DNA from: Octopus sinensis
Lineage: Eukaryota
NCBI RefSeq assembly: GCF_006345805.1
Contig: NC_043004.1
Coordinates: 48,794,001 to 48,858,000 of the forward strand
Reading direction: 5' to 3'
DNA: 64,000 bases
Shown one piece after another: positions 23,521 to 36,549 of this stretch. Both the position numbers and the translations under genes were made by a program. Position 1 is the stretch's first letter. Each line of letters begins with the position of its first letter. The notes under the pieces are model-generated. The model saw only the letters and a list, made by a program, of their open reading frames with translations. It was not told the origin of the DNA and searched no databases.

Positions 23521-24376
23521 CAGAGTGTGATGGGCAAATTGTTGCCATTTTATATCTTTAATTTCATGCATGCACATTGTTTGTTTTTCATTTTGTCAAC
23601 TACACAGTATAGTAGGGTCAGTTGGGTACTGTTTGTGAGAAAAACAGCACCATGACGCAATTCACTCTGCAGGAAATTTGGAAATCACATGCTGCACCAC
23701 TTGGTGCCAGAAGTTCCAATATGAACATTTCAGAGTATTTGGGTGCGAATCTGAGTATAGTGCAATCTGAGGACATGTACCGAGAGTGATAAAAAAATCA
23801 AACATCCAGTCAACATCATGGTGTTTGGAGTAATTACTAGTGATGGTGATGTTATGCCTCCATTCATCTTCCAACAAGGCCTCAGACTCAACATGGAGGC
23901 CTACATCAAGTGCCTGGAGGTGGTAGAGCTGCCCTGGGTGAAGAGGGTAGCTGCTGGAAGACCCTATGTCAAGCAACAAGACTCTGTACCATTCCACACA
24001 TGCAGGGGAACCCAGTCATGGCTGTCAAACAATTTCTGTGACTACATCACCCCTAATATCTGGCCACCTAACTCCCCAGACTGCAACCCCTTGTTTATAA
24101 TGTGTGGGACAGTTAAGTGAAAGATCAACAAAACTTCTTGTAATGCCAAAGATGAATTGAAGGCAAAGATTATGGCAGCATTCACCAATTTAAACAAGGA
24201 GACCGTCCAGAAGAGTTGCTGTGGTTGAAGCCAATGGCAATTTTGTTGAATAAATTTACTCTTTAGTATTTCTAGATACTTCTATGTAATTTTGGTAAAT
24301 ATATCTGTTAAAATGAGACGTCAGTGTTATTTTCATTTTTACGTAATTTAGATGACAGTTTATTCACCGCACCCTG
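23521..24376 (+). mobile_element. Internally deleted Tc1/mariner DD37D (maT-type) transposon
   Basis: TA flanks, CAGAGTGTGATG / CACCGCACCCTG termini. In QQDS...WPPNSPDCNPL there are 37 residues between the second D and the expected third D (lost to a frameshift). A 3'-end fragment of the same family lies at ~54698-54880(-). Confidence 0.85.
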
Positions 24377-24896
24377 TATATATAAGAATATTGTTGACAG
24401 TGACCTTTGAAGTCTCAGCAGTTAAGCCATCATCAGACTGTAAACCAAAAGATTAATGTAAATTTTTTTTATTTATTAAACATAAAAGCAAGCATTGACA
24501 TATATAATGTATCCAGTACATTCTGTAAACCGATTAGCTAACTGGTGGAGACAGTGTAAGGTCAAGAAGACTTTTTAGTCTTGTCTTGTTGATGACTTGA
24601 TAACCACTCTAGTGCTGGTGCCTTGATGACATGACTCTGTACACTTGATAAAGTGTTTAGCATTGGGAAAGGCGCCAAGCTTTAGAAATCATGCCCAAAA
24701 TAAAGAGTATGAGTAAAACATAGCCTTTTTATACCCATCCAAGAGGGTTGTAACTGAGTAAGAATTCACCTAGACCATGGTAACATCATCATAAATATTT
24801 TCATCAATGATGATGGACGGTAGTCTAATGATTGGAACCAGTAAAAGATAAAGATACATATGCACATATGTATGTGTGTGTGTGTGTGTGTGTGTA

Positions 24897-26495
24897 TGAG
24901 GGGGTACCCAAAAGTAACCGGAAATAGGTGCAGGAGTGGCTGTGTGGTAAGTAGCTTGCATACCAACCACATGGTTCTGGGTTCAGTCCCACTGCGTGGC
25001 ACCTTGGGCAAGTGTCTTCTACTATAGCCTCGGGCCGACCAAAGCCTTGTGAGTGGATTTGGTAGACGGAAACTGAAAGAAGCCTGTCGTATATATGTAT
25101 ATATATGTGTGCGTGTATGTTTGTGTTTGTCCCCCTAGCATTACTTGACAACCGATGCTGGTGTGTTTATGTCCCCGTCACTTAGCGGTTCAGCAAAACA
25201 GACCGATAGAATAAGTACTAGGCTTACAAAGAATAAGTCCCGGGGTCAAATTGCTCGATTACAGGCGGTGCTCCAGCATGGCCGCAGTCAAATGACTGAA
25301 ACAAGTAAAAGAGTAAAAGAGTAAATGTTCTCTGTGGGATAAGCCCTTTGTAGTTGAAGCTTCTGCCGCTAGAAGCTACTCAATGTGACCCTCAGGCATC
25401 AGTCTGCCAACCAGTGTCATCCACTAAGGTCATACTGCCATGTGGTGTATCTTTGTTTTGCCGTGCTTCTCCTGTGTTCGTCAATTTTTGCACTGGCTGA
25501 AACGAAGGGACAGCATGCTTCCTTGAAATTCTGTTTTCTGCTGGGGAAAATGGCAGCTGAAACAGTTGTCATGTTTCAAATAGCTTACAAGGATACTGCC
25601 ATGAGCGAAGCATAAGTTTATTAGTAGTTTTCACACTTTAGGAATGGTCACTTGTTGCTTGAAGACCAACCTTGTTCAGGACAACCGTCAACTTCCCGAA
25701 CGAATGAAAACATCGTGAAAATTCATGAACTGATTTTGGAGGACCTCTCTTACTCACAGAAGATCAAAAGCAGTCGTGACTGAATGTGTGTTGTGAACTG
25801 AAATAACAGTTGGAAGTTGACCTGAACCTCTTTTCTGAAGGTCATTACTGGTGACAAAAGCTGGTGCTATGGCTACAACCCAGAGACGAAGCAGCAATCA
25901 AGTCAATGGAAGCATTCAATGTAACCATTTTCCCCACAACTGCTTCAAGTGAAGTCCAACATCAAGGTGATACTGATTTGTTTCATCAATGCAACAGCAA
26001 TTGTCCACAGAGTATTTATTCCTCCTGGTCAAACAATTAACCAGACATTTTACCTGGCAGCTCTGAAGTGTTTGCGAGACGGAAACACCCTGACCATCGG
26101 CAAATTAGAGAGTGGTGGTTTCATCATGACAATGAAACCTTTGCCCACTGCCTTGAGTGTGAGACAGTTTTTGACCATAAATGGCATGACTCCATTTACC
26201 CACCCTCTCTATTCACTCAGTATTGCTGCCTGAAACTTTTTTTTTGTTCCCCTGAAGGAAAAAAGTCCTTAAAGGAAAATGTTTCTTAGATGTGGAAGAG
26301 TTGAAGAAAAAAGTGGCAGAGGCACTAAAAGGCATCACTTTGCAAGAGTTCTTGGACTGCTTCAGACAGTGGAAAATACGTCTGGACCTATGCATTGCTT
26401 CAAATGGAAAATACTTTGAAGCTGATAAAAGTGTTAACATGTAAAACTTAGTGAATAATATTGCAAAATTCCAGCTTCTTTTGGGTAGCCCTGCG
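24897..26495 (+). mobile_element. Decayed mariner (DD34D-type) transposon with a SINE A insertion
   Basis: TIR TGAGGGGGTACCCAAAAG / CTTTTGGGTAGCCCTGCG, TA flanks. Motifs LKFCFLLGK..AET, ITGDKSWCYGYNPETKQQSSQW, WWFHHDN and HPLYS, with stops and frameshifts. Confidence 0.9.
24927..25323 (+). mobile_element. SINE family A, full length, nested in mariner
   Basis: Complete copy with (TAAAAGAG)n tail just inside the left TIR. Confidence 0.92.
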
Positions 26496-27339
26496 TATAT
26501 GTTCTTCTGATGAAGGAATAGTATACAAAATAATTCTTTCCCTTCCTTTCACGTGTTAAACCTTTACAACATTTCTTAATACTTGTTCCACCAATGTTGT
26601 CTTTCTTTCCATCTTCATTGATTTCATTATGTGTATGTGTGTGTAAGTGGAAGTGGAAGGCCAAGCCCTGCTCTCTTTCCAAGGGAAGACTGCTAAACCT
26701 GCAAGTGACTGCAAAAGTGTTGTGGTTAGCTTTTGAATGATGATGAGTTTTCTGCTGGAAAGAAAAAAAAAAAAAAAAGGCTGCTGTACTTTCTGTGGTA
26801 CTTTCTAAGCATAGGGATTATTTCCCTGTTAGAAGGTCAATATGCTGAAATACCTGATGGCTGCACTATTTTTTTTTTGGCAAGGAAGAGATTGAAATCA
26901 CAGTAGTAAGCCTAGAGTGAGTTTTGCAGTTAAGTGAATATTAGATTTCATAACTTACTGAACGATCATTCCTTTTTCTTTTGTATATTTGTCTTTATGG
27001 TGCTGAGAGCAATGTATATGGGGTAATTTTACATTAAGGAATGGAACATAGAATTCCCTGTAATTCAGACCTGGCATGTTCAGCTAGAAGCCTAGTCTCT
27101 GGTCTTTGTCAGGCTGAGAAAGCAAACTATCAAGGTATCAGTTGTTCTTTGGCAGGTTTATGGTCCAGCCTGTGGCAGTACAGATCACAAACATTCTTGA
27201 CCCCCAGACCATATTTCTGCTCACTGCTATTGAAGCAGAGATGGTTATCTGTGAGTATGAGCCTCATGAGTCAGAGTGACTGTTCCAGTGCATCTCCCTC
27301 ACCATCCTCCTTTTCCATTTTGTTTTGTTGGGACCATGA

Positions 27340-27900
27340 GGCAGTCTGACTTACTGAACTATAAGTTGGCTTAAATGATTGATTTACATTTGTGTTCATG
27401 TCTCTATCTTGTGGTCACTACAGGTGGCGAGCTGGCAGAATCGTTAGCACGCCGGGCGAAATGCTTAGCTGTATTTCGTCTGCCGTTACATTCTGAGTTC
27501 AAATTCCGCCGAGGTCGACTTTGCCTTTCATCCTTTCGTGGTCGATAAATTAAGTACCAGTTATGCACTGGGGTCGATGTAATCGACTTAATCCGTTTGT
27601 CTGTCCTTGTTTGTCCCCTCTGTGTTTAGCCCCTTGTGGGTAGTAAAGAAATATATCTTGTGGTCATTAGTGCCTTTGCACCAATAATTTATGATTCTGA
27701 TGAAGACAAAAATCTGTTTTATGAGCAACTAAAAGGTATTATTTAGAAAATCCTGATTGTAGTATATATTTAAGATTGTTGGAGGCTTTAAAACATCGTT
27801 TGGTGAAAATTTTGAAATACAGGAATTTTTAGGATCTCATAGGATTAAATAAACAAAGAACTTCAATGATTTACTTCTGCTAAAAATGTGCAGTCTTCTG
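27340..27900 (+). mobile_element. RTE/BovB-like APE endonuclease remnant split by SINE C
   Basis: VISAFAPIIYDSDEDKNLFYEQL...NFNDLLLLKMC. Confidence 0.65.
27421..27653 (+). mobile_element. SINE family C
   Basis: 16-bp TSD TATCTTGTGGTCA(C/T)TA. Confidence 0.9.
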
Positions 27901-28181
27901 CTTTCTCAAGTTTACCCTTGAGGCACAGGGCATATTTGACCTTTAGGAATGGGGACTGGTTCATATGGCATCAGGTTATATCCACACACCACTGAGCTTG
28001 AGTGACACATGTCTAAGGATCAGCCCTTCTTCAAGTTCTGTATGTCGTAACCACAGGAATATCCATAATTTGCCTCACGACTGGAGCCCTTGATAGATAC
28101 TATCACCCTTAGAATAGTGGTGAAGAAGTAACTCTATACTCCCTAAAACTCCTGAGCTAGAACCTCTCAACTGGATGCAGT

Positions 28182-28990
28182 TTAACCCTTGAGCATTTGA
28201 TCCAGCCCTAACCAGCCCAAATATTCTCTCTTTACTCTTACTCTTTTACTCTTTTACTTGTTTCAGTCATTTGACTGTGGCCATGCTGGAGCACCGCCTT
28301 TAATCGAGCAAATCGACCCCGGGACTTATTCTTTGTAAGCCCAGTACTTATTCTATTGGTCTCTTTTGCTGAACCGCTAAGTGATGGGGACGTAAACACA
28401 CCAGCATCGGTTGTCAAACAATGCTAGGGGGACAAACACAGACACACAAACACATACACACACACTTATATATATATACATATATATGACAGGCTTCTTT
28501 CAGTTTCCGTCTACCAAATCCACTCACAAGGCATTGGTCGGCCCAGGGCTATAGCAGAATACACTTGCCCAAGATACCACGCAGTGGGACTGAACCCGGA
28601 ACCATGTGGCTGTTTAGCAAGCTACTTACCACACAGCCACTCCTGCTTCCTGTTAAAACTAACTAGATCTAACCTTTCCTACAATGCCATTCTCAACATA
28701 GAGAAACACACCATTAAAATCATGAAGCTACAAAATAGTGTGTGATAAATTCAAAGTAATGTGAATAAATAAGCTATACATTTACTCTTTTACTCTTTTA
28801 CTTGTTTCAGTCATTTGACTTCAGCCATGCTGGAGCACCACCTTTAGTCGAGCAAATCGACCCCAGGACTTATTCTTTGTAAGCCTAGTACTTATTCTAT
28901 CGGTCTCTTTTGCTGAACCACTAAGTTACGGGGACCTATACACACCAGCATCGGTTGTCATGCGATGTTGGAGGGACAAACATAGACTCA

Positions 28991-29033
<43 letters not shown>

Positions 29034-29253
29034 ATACACACATATATACATATATACGACAGGCTTCTTTCAGTTTCTGTCTACCAAATCCACTCACAAG
29101 GCTTTGGTCGGCCCGAGGCTATAGTAGAAGACACTTGCCCAAGGTGCCACGCAGTGGGAATGAACCCGGAACCATGTGGTTCATAAGCAAGCTACTTACC
29201 ACACAGCCACTCCTACGCCATTTGACAAAAAAATCTGAATGCTAAAGGGTTAA
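28182..29253. mobile_element. piggyBac-type MITE family 2 carrying two SINE A insertions (~28232-28645 and ~28783-29218, both minus)
   Basis: TTAA-CCCTT...AAGGG-TTAA ends; the three remaining pieces are colinear with the 21576-21804 MITE. Confidence 0.85.
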
Positions 29254-29392
29254 AGTCTTGCCCAGGACATATATGTAATACATAGGACAGCAGATTGTTG
29301 TTTGAGGGTATCTGACTGCCTATTTAGTAAGAACATCATTATCATTTAACGTCTGCTGTCCATGCTGGCATGGGTTGAATGGTGTGACCAGA

Positions 29393-29629
29393 CCAGAGGC
29401 GGAGAGCTGGCAGAAACATTAGCACGCCGGGCAAAATGCTTTGCGGTATTTCGTCTGCCGTTTCTGTTCTGAGTTCAAATTCCGCCGAGGTCGACTTTGC
29501 CTTTCATCCTTTCGGGGTCGATAAATTAAGTACCAGTTATGTACTGGGGTTGTTATAATTGACTTAATCTGTTTGTCTGTCCTTGTTTGTCCTCTCTGTG
29601 CTTTGCCTCTTGTGGGTAGTAAAGAAATA
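29393..29629 (+). mobile_element. SINE family C nested in a family B copy
   Basis: 12-bp TSD GGTGTGACCAGA. Confidence 0.9.
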
Positions 29630-30699
29630 GGTGTGACCAGAGCTGGCAAGCTGGGGTGGGCTGCATCAGACTCCAGTCTGATTCAGCATGATTTCTATGA
29701 CTTGAAGCCCTTTCTAACATCAACCACTTTACAGAGTGTGCTGGGTGCCTTTATTGTGGCACTGCATGGGCACTTTTATGTGATGCTACTCAGGCGCTTT
29801 TATGTGGCACCACACAGGCGATTTTACGTGGCACCGCCTCAAGTGCTTTACACCACCAGAAGGATAAGTCTTAACACTTCTGCTGTGGAGTATGGGTAAG
29901 CACTAGATTATTAAAAGAAGTCTTAATACCTTCAGAACATAAACATACCCATTAGTTATTGCTATATAGTTTCATATTTAAAGGGTTCAATATTTGGAAA
30001 CAAAGTTTGCAGTTAAAATTGTTTGTTGATAATTTTGTTTATAGATTCATTTAATTTTGTAAACTTTTACTAGTTTATTCTACTTGTTAATGTTATTTCA
30101 CTCCCAGTCAGTCAGAAAATAAAATAGTCTTTTTTGTTTTTGTCAGTAAGCACCACTGAATATGTATATACTGGTAACACAGACTGTGTAATTTCCATGA
30201 CTTACACCGGTGAATTTCAAAGGTCACTTTCAAGTTTGGTTTTCATTTCATTTAGTATGCGTGAACTTTATCAATGTATTTTAAGCAGCAATTATAAAAC
30301 TAACTAAATTCTTCTTTTTCCATACATCACAATGCTAAAGGAAAGTCAATGTGTATTATACATGTGAGAGGTAGTTTTTCTGGCATTTCTTTGCCCATAA
30401 TTAGGTCTGCACATTATACATGAATAAATACTGTAAATATATTTACTCTACATACAATAGATTTCGTGTATTCTTTACTTTGTGATGTTACTTTTTCGTA
30501 ATATTATTTGTGTGCGTGTGAATATCATCATCCTCATAATCATCATTGTTTAACATCCATTTTCCATGCTAGCACGGGTTGGACGGTTCGACCGGGGTTT
30601 GGAAAGCCAGTAGGCTGCCTCCATGCTCCAGTCTGATCTGGCAGTGTTTCTACAGCTGGATGCCCTTCCTAATGCCAACCACTCCATGAGTGTAGCGGG

Positions 30700-30969
30700 T
30701 GCTTTTTACATGCCACCGGCACAGGTGCCAGGGGAGGCTGGCAGCGGCCACGATCGGATGGTGCTTTTTACTTGCCACCGGCACAGGTGCCAGGGGAGGC
30801 TGGCAAAGGTCACGATCGGTTGATGCTTTTTACTTGCCATTGGCACAGGTGCCAGGGGAGGATGGCAAAGGCCACGATCAGTTGATGCTTTTTACATGCC
30901 ACCGGCACAGGTGCCAGGGGAGGCTGGCAGCGGCCACGATCGGTTGGTGCTTTTTACGTGCCGCTGGCA
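30700..30969. repeat. 62-bp tandem repeat (4+ units) inside a family B copy
   Basis: TGCTTTTTAC recurs at 30700, 30762, 30824, 30886 and 30948. Confidence 0.92.
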
Positions 30970-31529
30970 ATATATACATATATATCAATATGTATCCATC
31001 CCCTACAGCAACACATTTGTTACTGGCCTTAATCTTGATCAATCTCTCTCTCACTCTTTCTCTCCCTATCCCCCTCTCTCTCTCTCACTCTCTCTGCCTC
31101 TCTCTAACTGAGTAACCATGTATCTTTACAGCAGGACACGTGTTTCTGTCTCTCTGTCACACTCTAATCTTTCATCATTTGGCACTAGATCACCTCCAGT
31201 ACCACATCCCCTCTCAAAGGATCTTTGCCTTGCAAGGTGACCCTGCCAGTGCTGGTGCCATGTAAAAAGCATCCAGTTCACAAGTGGTTGGCATTTGGAA
31301 GGGCATCCAACTGTAAAAGAAATAAACTTACCAAAACTGGATTCACCTTGCTGGTGAGCACTCAGTCCACTCTGCAGAGTGGTTGGTGTTAGGAAGGGCA
31401 TCCAGCCATAAAAACCATACCAAAACAGACAGCAAAGTATAGTACAGTCTTCTGTCTAGCCAGCTCTTGTCAAACTGTTCAACCCATGCCATTATGGAAA
31501 GTGGATGTTAAATGATGATGATATAAATA

Positions 31530-31832
31530 TATCACCGTCACCATGACCGACCAGGCTATCAGATGTTGCTACACATTGCTGGTCACAATGCCTTGCATTG
31601 TTTTAGCCTTCAAATGACGCCACCCTGCTGGCTAAGTGAGCAGGCCAACAGAAGAAAGAGTGAGAGGAAGTTGTGGTGAAAGAGTACAGCAGGGATCACC
31701 ACCCTCTGCTGGAGCCTTGTGGAGCTTTAGGTGTTTCGCTCATAAACACTCACAACACCCAGTCTGGGAATCAAAACCCCGATCCTATGACCGCAAGTCC
31801 ACTGCCCTAACCACTTGGCCATTGCGCCTCAA
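31530..31832 (-). mobile_element. SINE family D, tail type 2 (RTE-like tail)
   Basis: Head GAGGCGCAATGGCCAAGTGGTTAGGGC; the tail resembles the LINE end at 2444-2510. Confidence 0.82.
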
Positions 31833-32091
31833 CATATATATTCCCTCCCAACCACTCCACTTTTTCTCACCTCTGCTTACTATAGCTATGTCTTCTCCAT
31901 CTCTAAACATCTCCCTTCACACTCTTATGGAACATCCCCCTCTATCCCTTCTGTGCTACTTATATTCCCTCACATCACTGTTCCCTGTAGATGAGCCCCA
32001 ATACATCCCCAACACCATCTATTTCTCTCACTCTGTCTTTCTCTCCAACTCTCTGTCCCCTGCCACTCCTCCCCTTCCTACTGGAGTTTGC

Positions 32092-32655
32092 TTGTTTGTT
32101 CCTTCTCGAGCCATGCCTGACTCATAAGGGCCGGTTTCCCGGTTTCTTGGCGTATAGGTTCCCCCACCTGGACGGGACGCCGGTCCATCGCAGGTGAGCT
32201 GCAAGATGCAGGAGGAAAGAGTGAGAGAAAGTTGTGGTGAAAGAGTCAGCAGAAGTTCACCATTACCTTGTGCCGGAGCCGCGTGGAACTTAGGTGTTTC
32301 GCTCATAAACACACACATCGCCCGGTCTGAGATTTGAACCCACGATCCCTCAACTGTGAGTCCGCTGCTCTAACCACTAGGTCATGTGCCTCCACACAAA
32401 ATAAATGCGCCCTTTTAAAGCCTAGCCAGGCTCATGGGCCCAGTTTCCCGGTTTCTATGGTGTATGTGTTCCTCAGCTGGATGGGATGCCAGTCCATCGC
32501 AGCGTTACTCATTTTAGCCAGCTGAGTGGACTGGAGCAACGTGAAATGAAGTCTTTTGCTCAAGAACACAACGCGTCGCCTGGTCCTGGAATCGAAACCA
32601 CAATCTTACAATCATGGTGCTGACACCCTAACCACTAAGCCACGCACCTCCACAC
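32092..32655 (-). mobile_element. Two tandem tRNA-derived SINEs (32092-32395 family D type 1; 32400-32655 CORE-like body)
   Basis: Both have the head on the minus strand (CTAACCACTA.G.CA.G..CCTCCAC on plus) and share a CGATGGAC.GGC.TCCC 3' block. Confidence 0.85.
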
Positions 32656-33783
32656 GTCGCCAAATATCTATCTACTCCATTGTAAGACAACTATCTCTGT
32701 CCCTCTATTACACTTTAACCTCTCACCTGGCTCACAGCTATTTCACTCAGCTCCACTTTCTCTCTCAGCTGAGAGGTCTTTGTCTTGCAAGCCACTTGGT
32801 GACTCCACTGGTGCCACACAAAAACCACCCAGTACACTCTGTAAAGTGGTTGACATTAGGAAGGCATCCGGCCATAGAAACCATGCCAGCAGGGAAAGCA
32901 ATTGTTAAAAGTTGATGATGATGGTGGTGGTGGTGGTGGTGATAATGGTGATAATAATGATGATGATGATTTCTCTCACTCTGTCTTTCTCTCTAACTCT
33001 CTGTCTCCTGATTGAACCCTCTCACGGTTCAAATTTCAGGCAGTTTAATGTGGCTGTACTGGAATACTGCTGTCACTGATACTTCATGTTCTGTTTCTGT
33101 GGCTGGTATTTTTCATGACCGTGAGAGTCTGACACCACCAACCTTCATATGTACCCCTTGCTGTGATTTAAGTTCTTCTGAAATCTTAGATGTAGAAATA
33201 TGAAAAAAAAAATTGTTGCACAAATGTTTTGACACCCATTCCATGCAGATATCTTACATTAGATTTCTGAAGAAAATTGAAAAGTTGTGTCCGGTGGCAC
33301 GTAAAAAGCACCATCCGATCGTGGCCGTTTGCCAACCTCATCTGGCACGTAAAAAGCACCCACTACACTCACAGAGTGGTTGGCATTAGGAAGGGCATCC
33401 AGCCGTAGAAATAGTGCCAGATCAGACTGGGCCTGGTGCAGCCTTCTGGCTTCCCAGACCCCAGTTGAACCGTCCAACCCATGCTAGCATGGAAAGCGGA
33501 TGCTAAACGAAGATGATGATGATGATGTCCATAGGTGTAAAACATATAGCCCGTGGCTATGTTTAGTCCTACCCCTAATTCAGCTTCCTCAAAAGAAAGT
33601 TTATTTTTTAATTTTGGGAGTCCATTCTGATATTTCCCGTCAAAGTGCAGCTCCACCTCGGATTACGTCTCTGTGGACCCAACTCTATCCCCACCTTTCC
33701 CCATCTCCTAATCTCCTCTCACACTCAGCCCTTGCCTCTCTTTCCTGATTCACTGTTTGTATCTTCTTTCATGCTCCCTTCCT

Positions 33784-34020
33784 CTCTTTTTTATTGCCCA
33801 TAAGGGGCTAAACACAGAGGGGACAAACAAGGACAGACAAACGGATTAAGTCGATTACATTGACCCTAGTTCGTAACTGGTACTTATTTAATCGACCGCG
33901 AAAGGATGAAAGGCAAAGTCGACCTCGGCGGAATTTGAACTCAGAACCTAACGGCAGACGAAATACGACTACGCATTTGGCCTGGCGTGCTAACGTTTCT
34001 ACCAGCTTGCCACCTTTTTA
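33784..34020 (-). mobile_element. SINE family C
   Basis: 13-bp TSD ATGCTCCCTTCCT. Confidence 0.9.
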
Positions 34021-34539
34021 ATGCTCCCTTCCTTGCTTTATGAGGGTTTTCTCTGAGCACCCCATCACTTACATTTTATCTGGCAACTCCCCAAATTATA
34101 TAATGAAGGATAGCTATACATCTGCTCTATAGCAAGACATCTGTGCTTATTCCTGTATCCATCTTTAACCTTCCAACACCTAGCATAAAGCCACTTCCGA
34201 TTCTCTTAAATACTCCCTGACTCAGTCAAGGGGACTTTTTCTGTTCCCTTTTCTTTTTCTTTTCCTGTCTTGCTAGTTACTTGGCAACCTCACTGGTAGT
34301 ACACACTGTAAAGTGGTTGGCATTAAGTAGAGCATCCAGCCATAGAAATCATACCAAAACTGACTTTGGAGCTTGTTGCAGCCCCGGGGCTTGCTGGATG
34401 CTGTCAGACTATCCACCCAATGCCAGCATGGAAAACAGGCATTAAATGATGATATTGATATCAGCTTAGATTTAGAGTCAGAACCTGAGTAAAGTAAGGA
34501 TTCACATCAACTCAGTGCACCTTAGGAAATATTTTGTGA

Positions 34540-35767
34540 TACTCTCTTTTACTCTTTTACTTGTTTCAGTCATTTGACTGTGGCCATGCTGGAGCACCAC
34601 CTTTAGTCGAGCAAATCAACCCCAAGACTTATTCTTTGTAAGTCTAGTACTTATTTGCTGAACCGCTAAGTTACGGGAATGTAAACACACCAGCATCGGT
34701 TGTCAGGCGATATTGGGGGGACAAACACAGACACAAACATATATACACACATGCATATATACATACACGCATATATATATATATCTCTTATCTCTCTATA
34801 TATAAACGGCAGTTTGTCTGTCTGTGTGTCTGTCAGGTTGTACCCTCACCCTGACCACGGCTTTCAACTGATTCTGATGAAACTTGACACACACATAGCC
34901 CAATGTCATAATTCAAAACTAACGCAGCGAAAATTTTGAAAAGTTCCCCCAGTTCTGAAAAAAAATCGATAAATTCGACATGGGTCGAGAATCTAAGCTT
35001 TTTATATGCAACACATTTTCTACAGACTGTCTAGGGGACGCAACTCGACCTTTTTAACTCTTTGAACACGTGGGGTAAGTATCCCAAAATGTATAAAAAT
35101 GTACAAAAACGGCAAAAAAGCGGGCAGCAATGTGAGTGACAACAACGAAAAAGTCAAAAGTGACCAAACTGAACAAACGAATGGAAAAGGTCTTTTTGGT
35201 GCACACGACAAAAGCGGTTTATAATAAACCAAGAGTTTGCAAGTAGCGTCCGAGGACCCTTAGGGTACGTAAAAAATTTAAGGTAAAACATTTGGGGTGG
35301 TAGTTATAAAGAAAGTGTAAACAAAAAAAGTATTCGAATAACTTGCAGCTGCAGCAGCTATTAGCAGAAGTGGCAGTGTTGGGGGTAAAGTCTAGAATGT
35401 AATTTCTTCCTGGTAGGAATTGGTTGGGTTGAATTATCGATAGCTGTTTGATAGTTGTTTGGGAGTGAAGAGAAGACATTGCAACCTACACATGCGCCTT
35501 CGTTCCCTAGAGGGAAAGGACTAGATTGGGATTAGTCGTTGCCTACTAGGGGCTCTTACATACCCGGGCAATGCCGGGCTATGCTGCTAGTAAATATATA
35601 TATACAACAAGCTTCTTTCAGTTTCTGTCTACCAAATCCACTCACAAGGCTTTGGTTGAGCCGAGGCTATAGTAGAAGACACTTGCCCAAGGTGCCACGC
35701 AGTGGGACTGAACCCAGAACCATGTGGTTCATAAGCAAGCTACTTACCACACAGCCACTCCTACACC
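34540..35767 (-). mobile_element. SINE family A split by a Helitron
   Basis: Tail half at 34540-34785 and head half at 35591-35767. Confidence 0.88.
34791..35590 (+). mobile_element. Non-autonomous Helitron (~800 bp)
   Basis: 5' TC after A, subterminal hairpin CCCGG-GCAATG-CCGGG (35563-35578), 3' CTAG followed by T, no TSD. Confidence 0.85.
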
Positions 35768-36147
35768 TAACCATTTAAAAAAAAAAAGAATCTTACAAAC
35801 TATATGTTAAAAGACATGACCTATATTACCTTCACTTTATCCTATGTATGTTGAGCCATAAAGAAGCTTTTTTATTATAAATTTACTCACATTTGTCCAA
35901 ATAGAATCAAGCAGTATAAATGATATTGAAACGTTTTCAGCTAAATCAGTGCAAGCTTTCTATCAAGCATTGGTCTTCCCAAGAACTGAATGCCTTAATT
36001 TTGACAATTACTATATATATATTCTCACTCCAATAACTCATATTTAGACTATATATATTATGCGGATGATTTTTTTTTTCTCACACATCTTTGTACGCAA
36101 GCTTTACTAACACCTCACATTCTTGCCTCTTTTTAATGTTAATAAAG

Positions 36148-36549
36148 TTGCAGGAGTGGCTGTGTGGTAAGTAGCTTGTTTACCAACCACATGGTTCCGG
36201 TTTCAGTCCCACTGCGTGGCACCTTGGGCAAGTGTCTTCTACTATAGCCTCTGGCCAACCAAAGCCTTGTGAGTGGATTTGGTAGACGGAAACTGAAAGA
36301 AGCTTGTCGTATATATGTATATATATATATATGCGCGTGTGTATGTTTGTGTGTCTGTGTTTGTCCCCCTAGCATTGCTTGACAACCGATGCTGGTGTGT
36401 TTATGTCCCCGTTACTTAGCGGTTCGGCAAAAGAGACCGATAGAATAAGTACTGGGCTTACAAAAGAATAAGTCCCGGGGTCGAGTTGCTCGATTAAAGG
36501 CGGTGCTCCAGCATGGCCGCAGTCAAATGACTGAAACAAGTAAAAGAGT
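36148..36549 (+). mobile_element. SINE family A, near full length
   Basis: Very similar to 19127-19529. Confidence 0.92.

Noticed and set aside
24897-26495. Active or domesticated transposase
   Set aside because: Multiple stops, frameshifts and an internal deletion; the same applies to 10646-11515 and 23521-24376.
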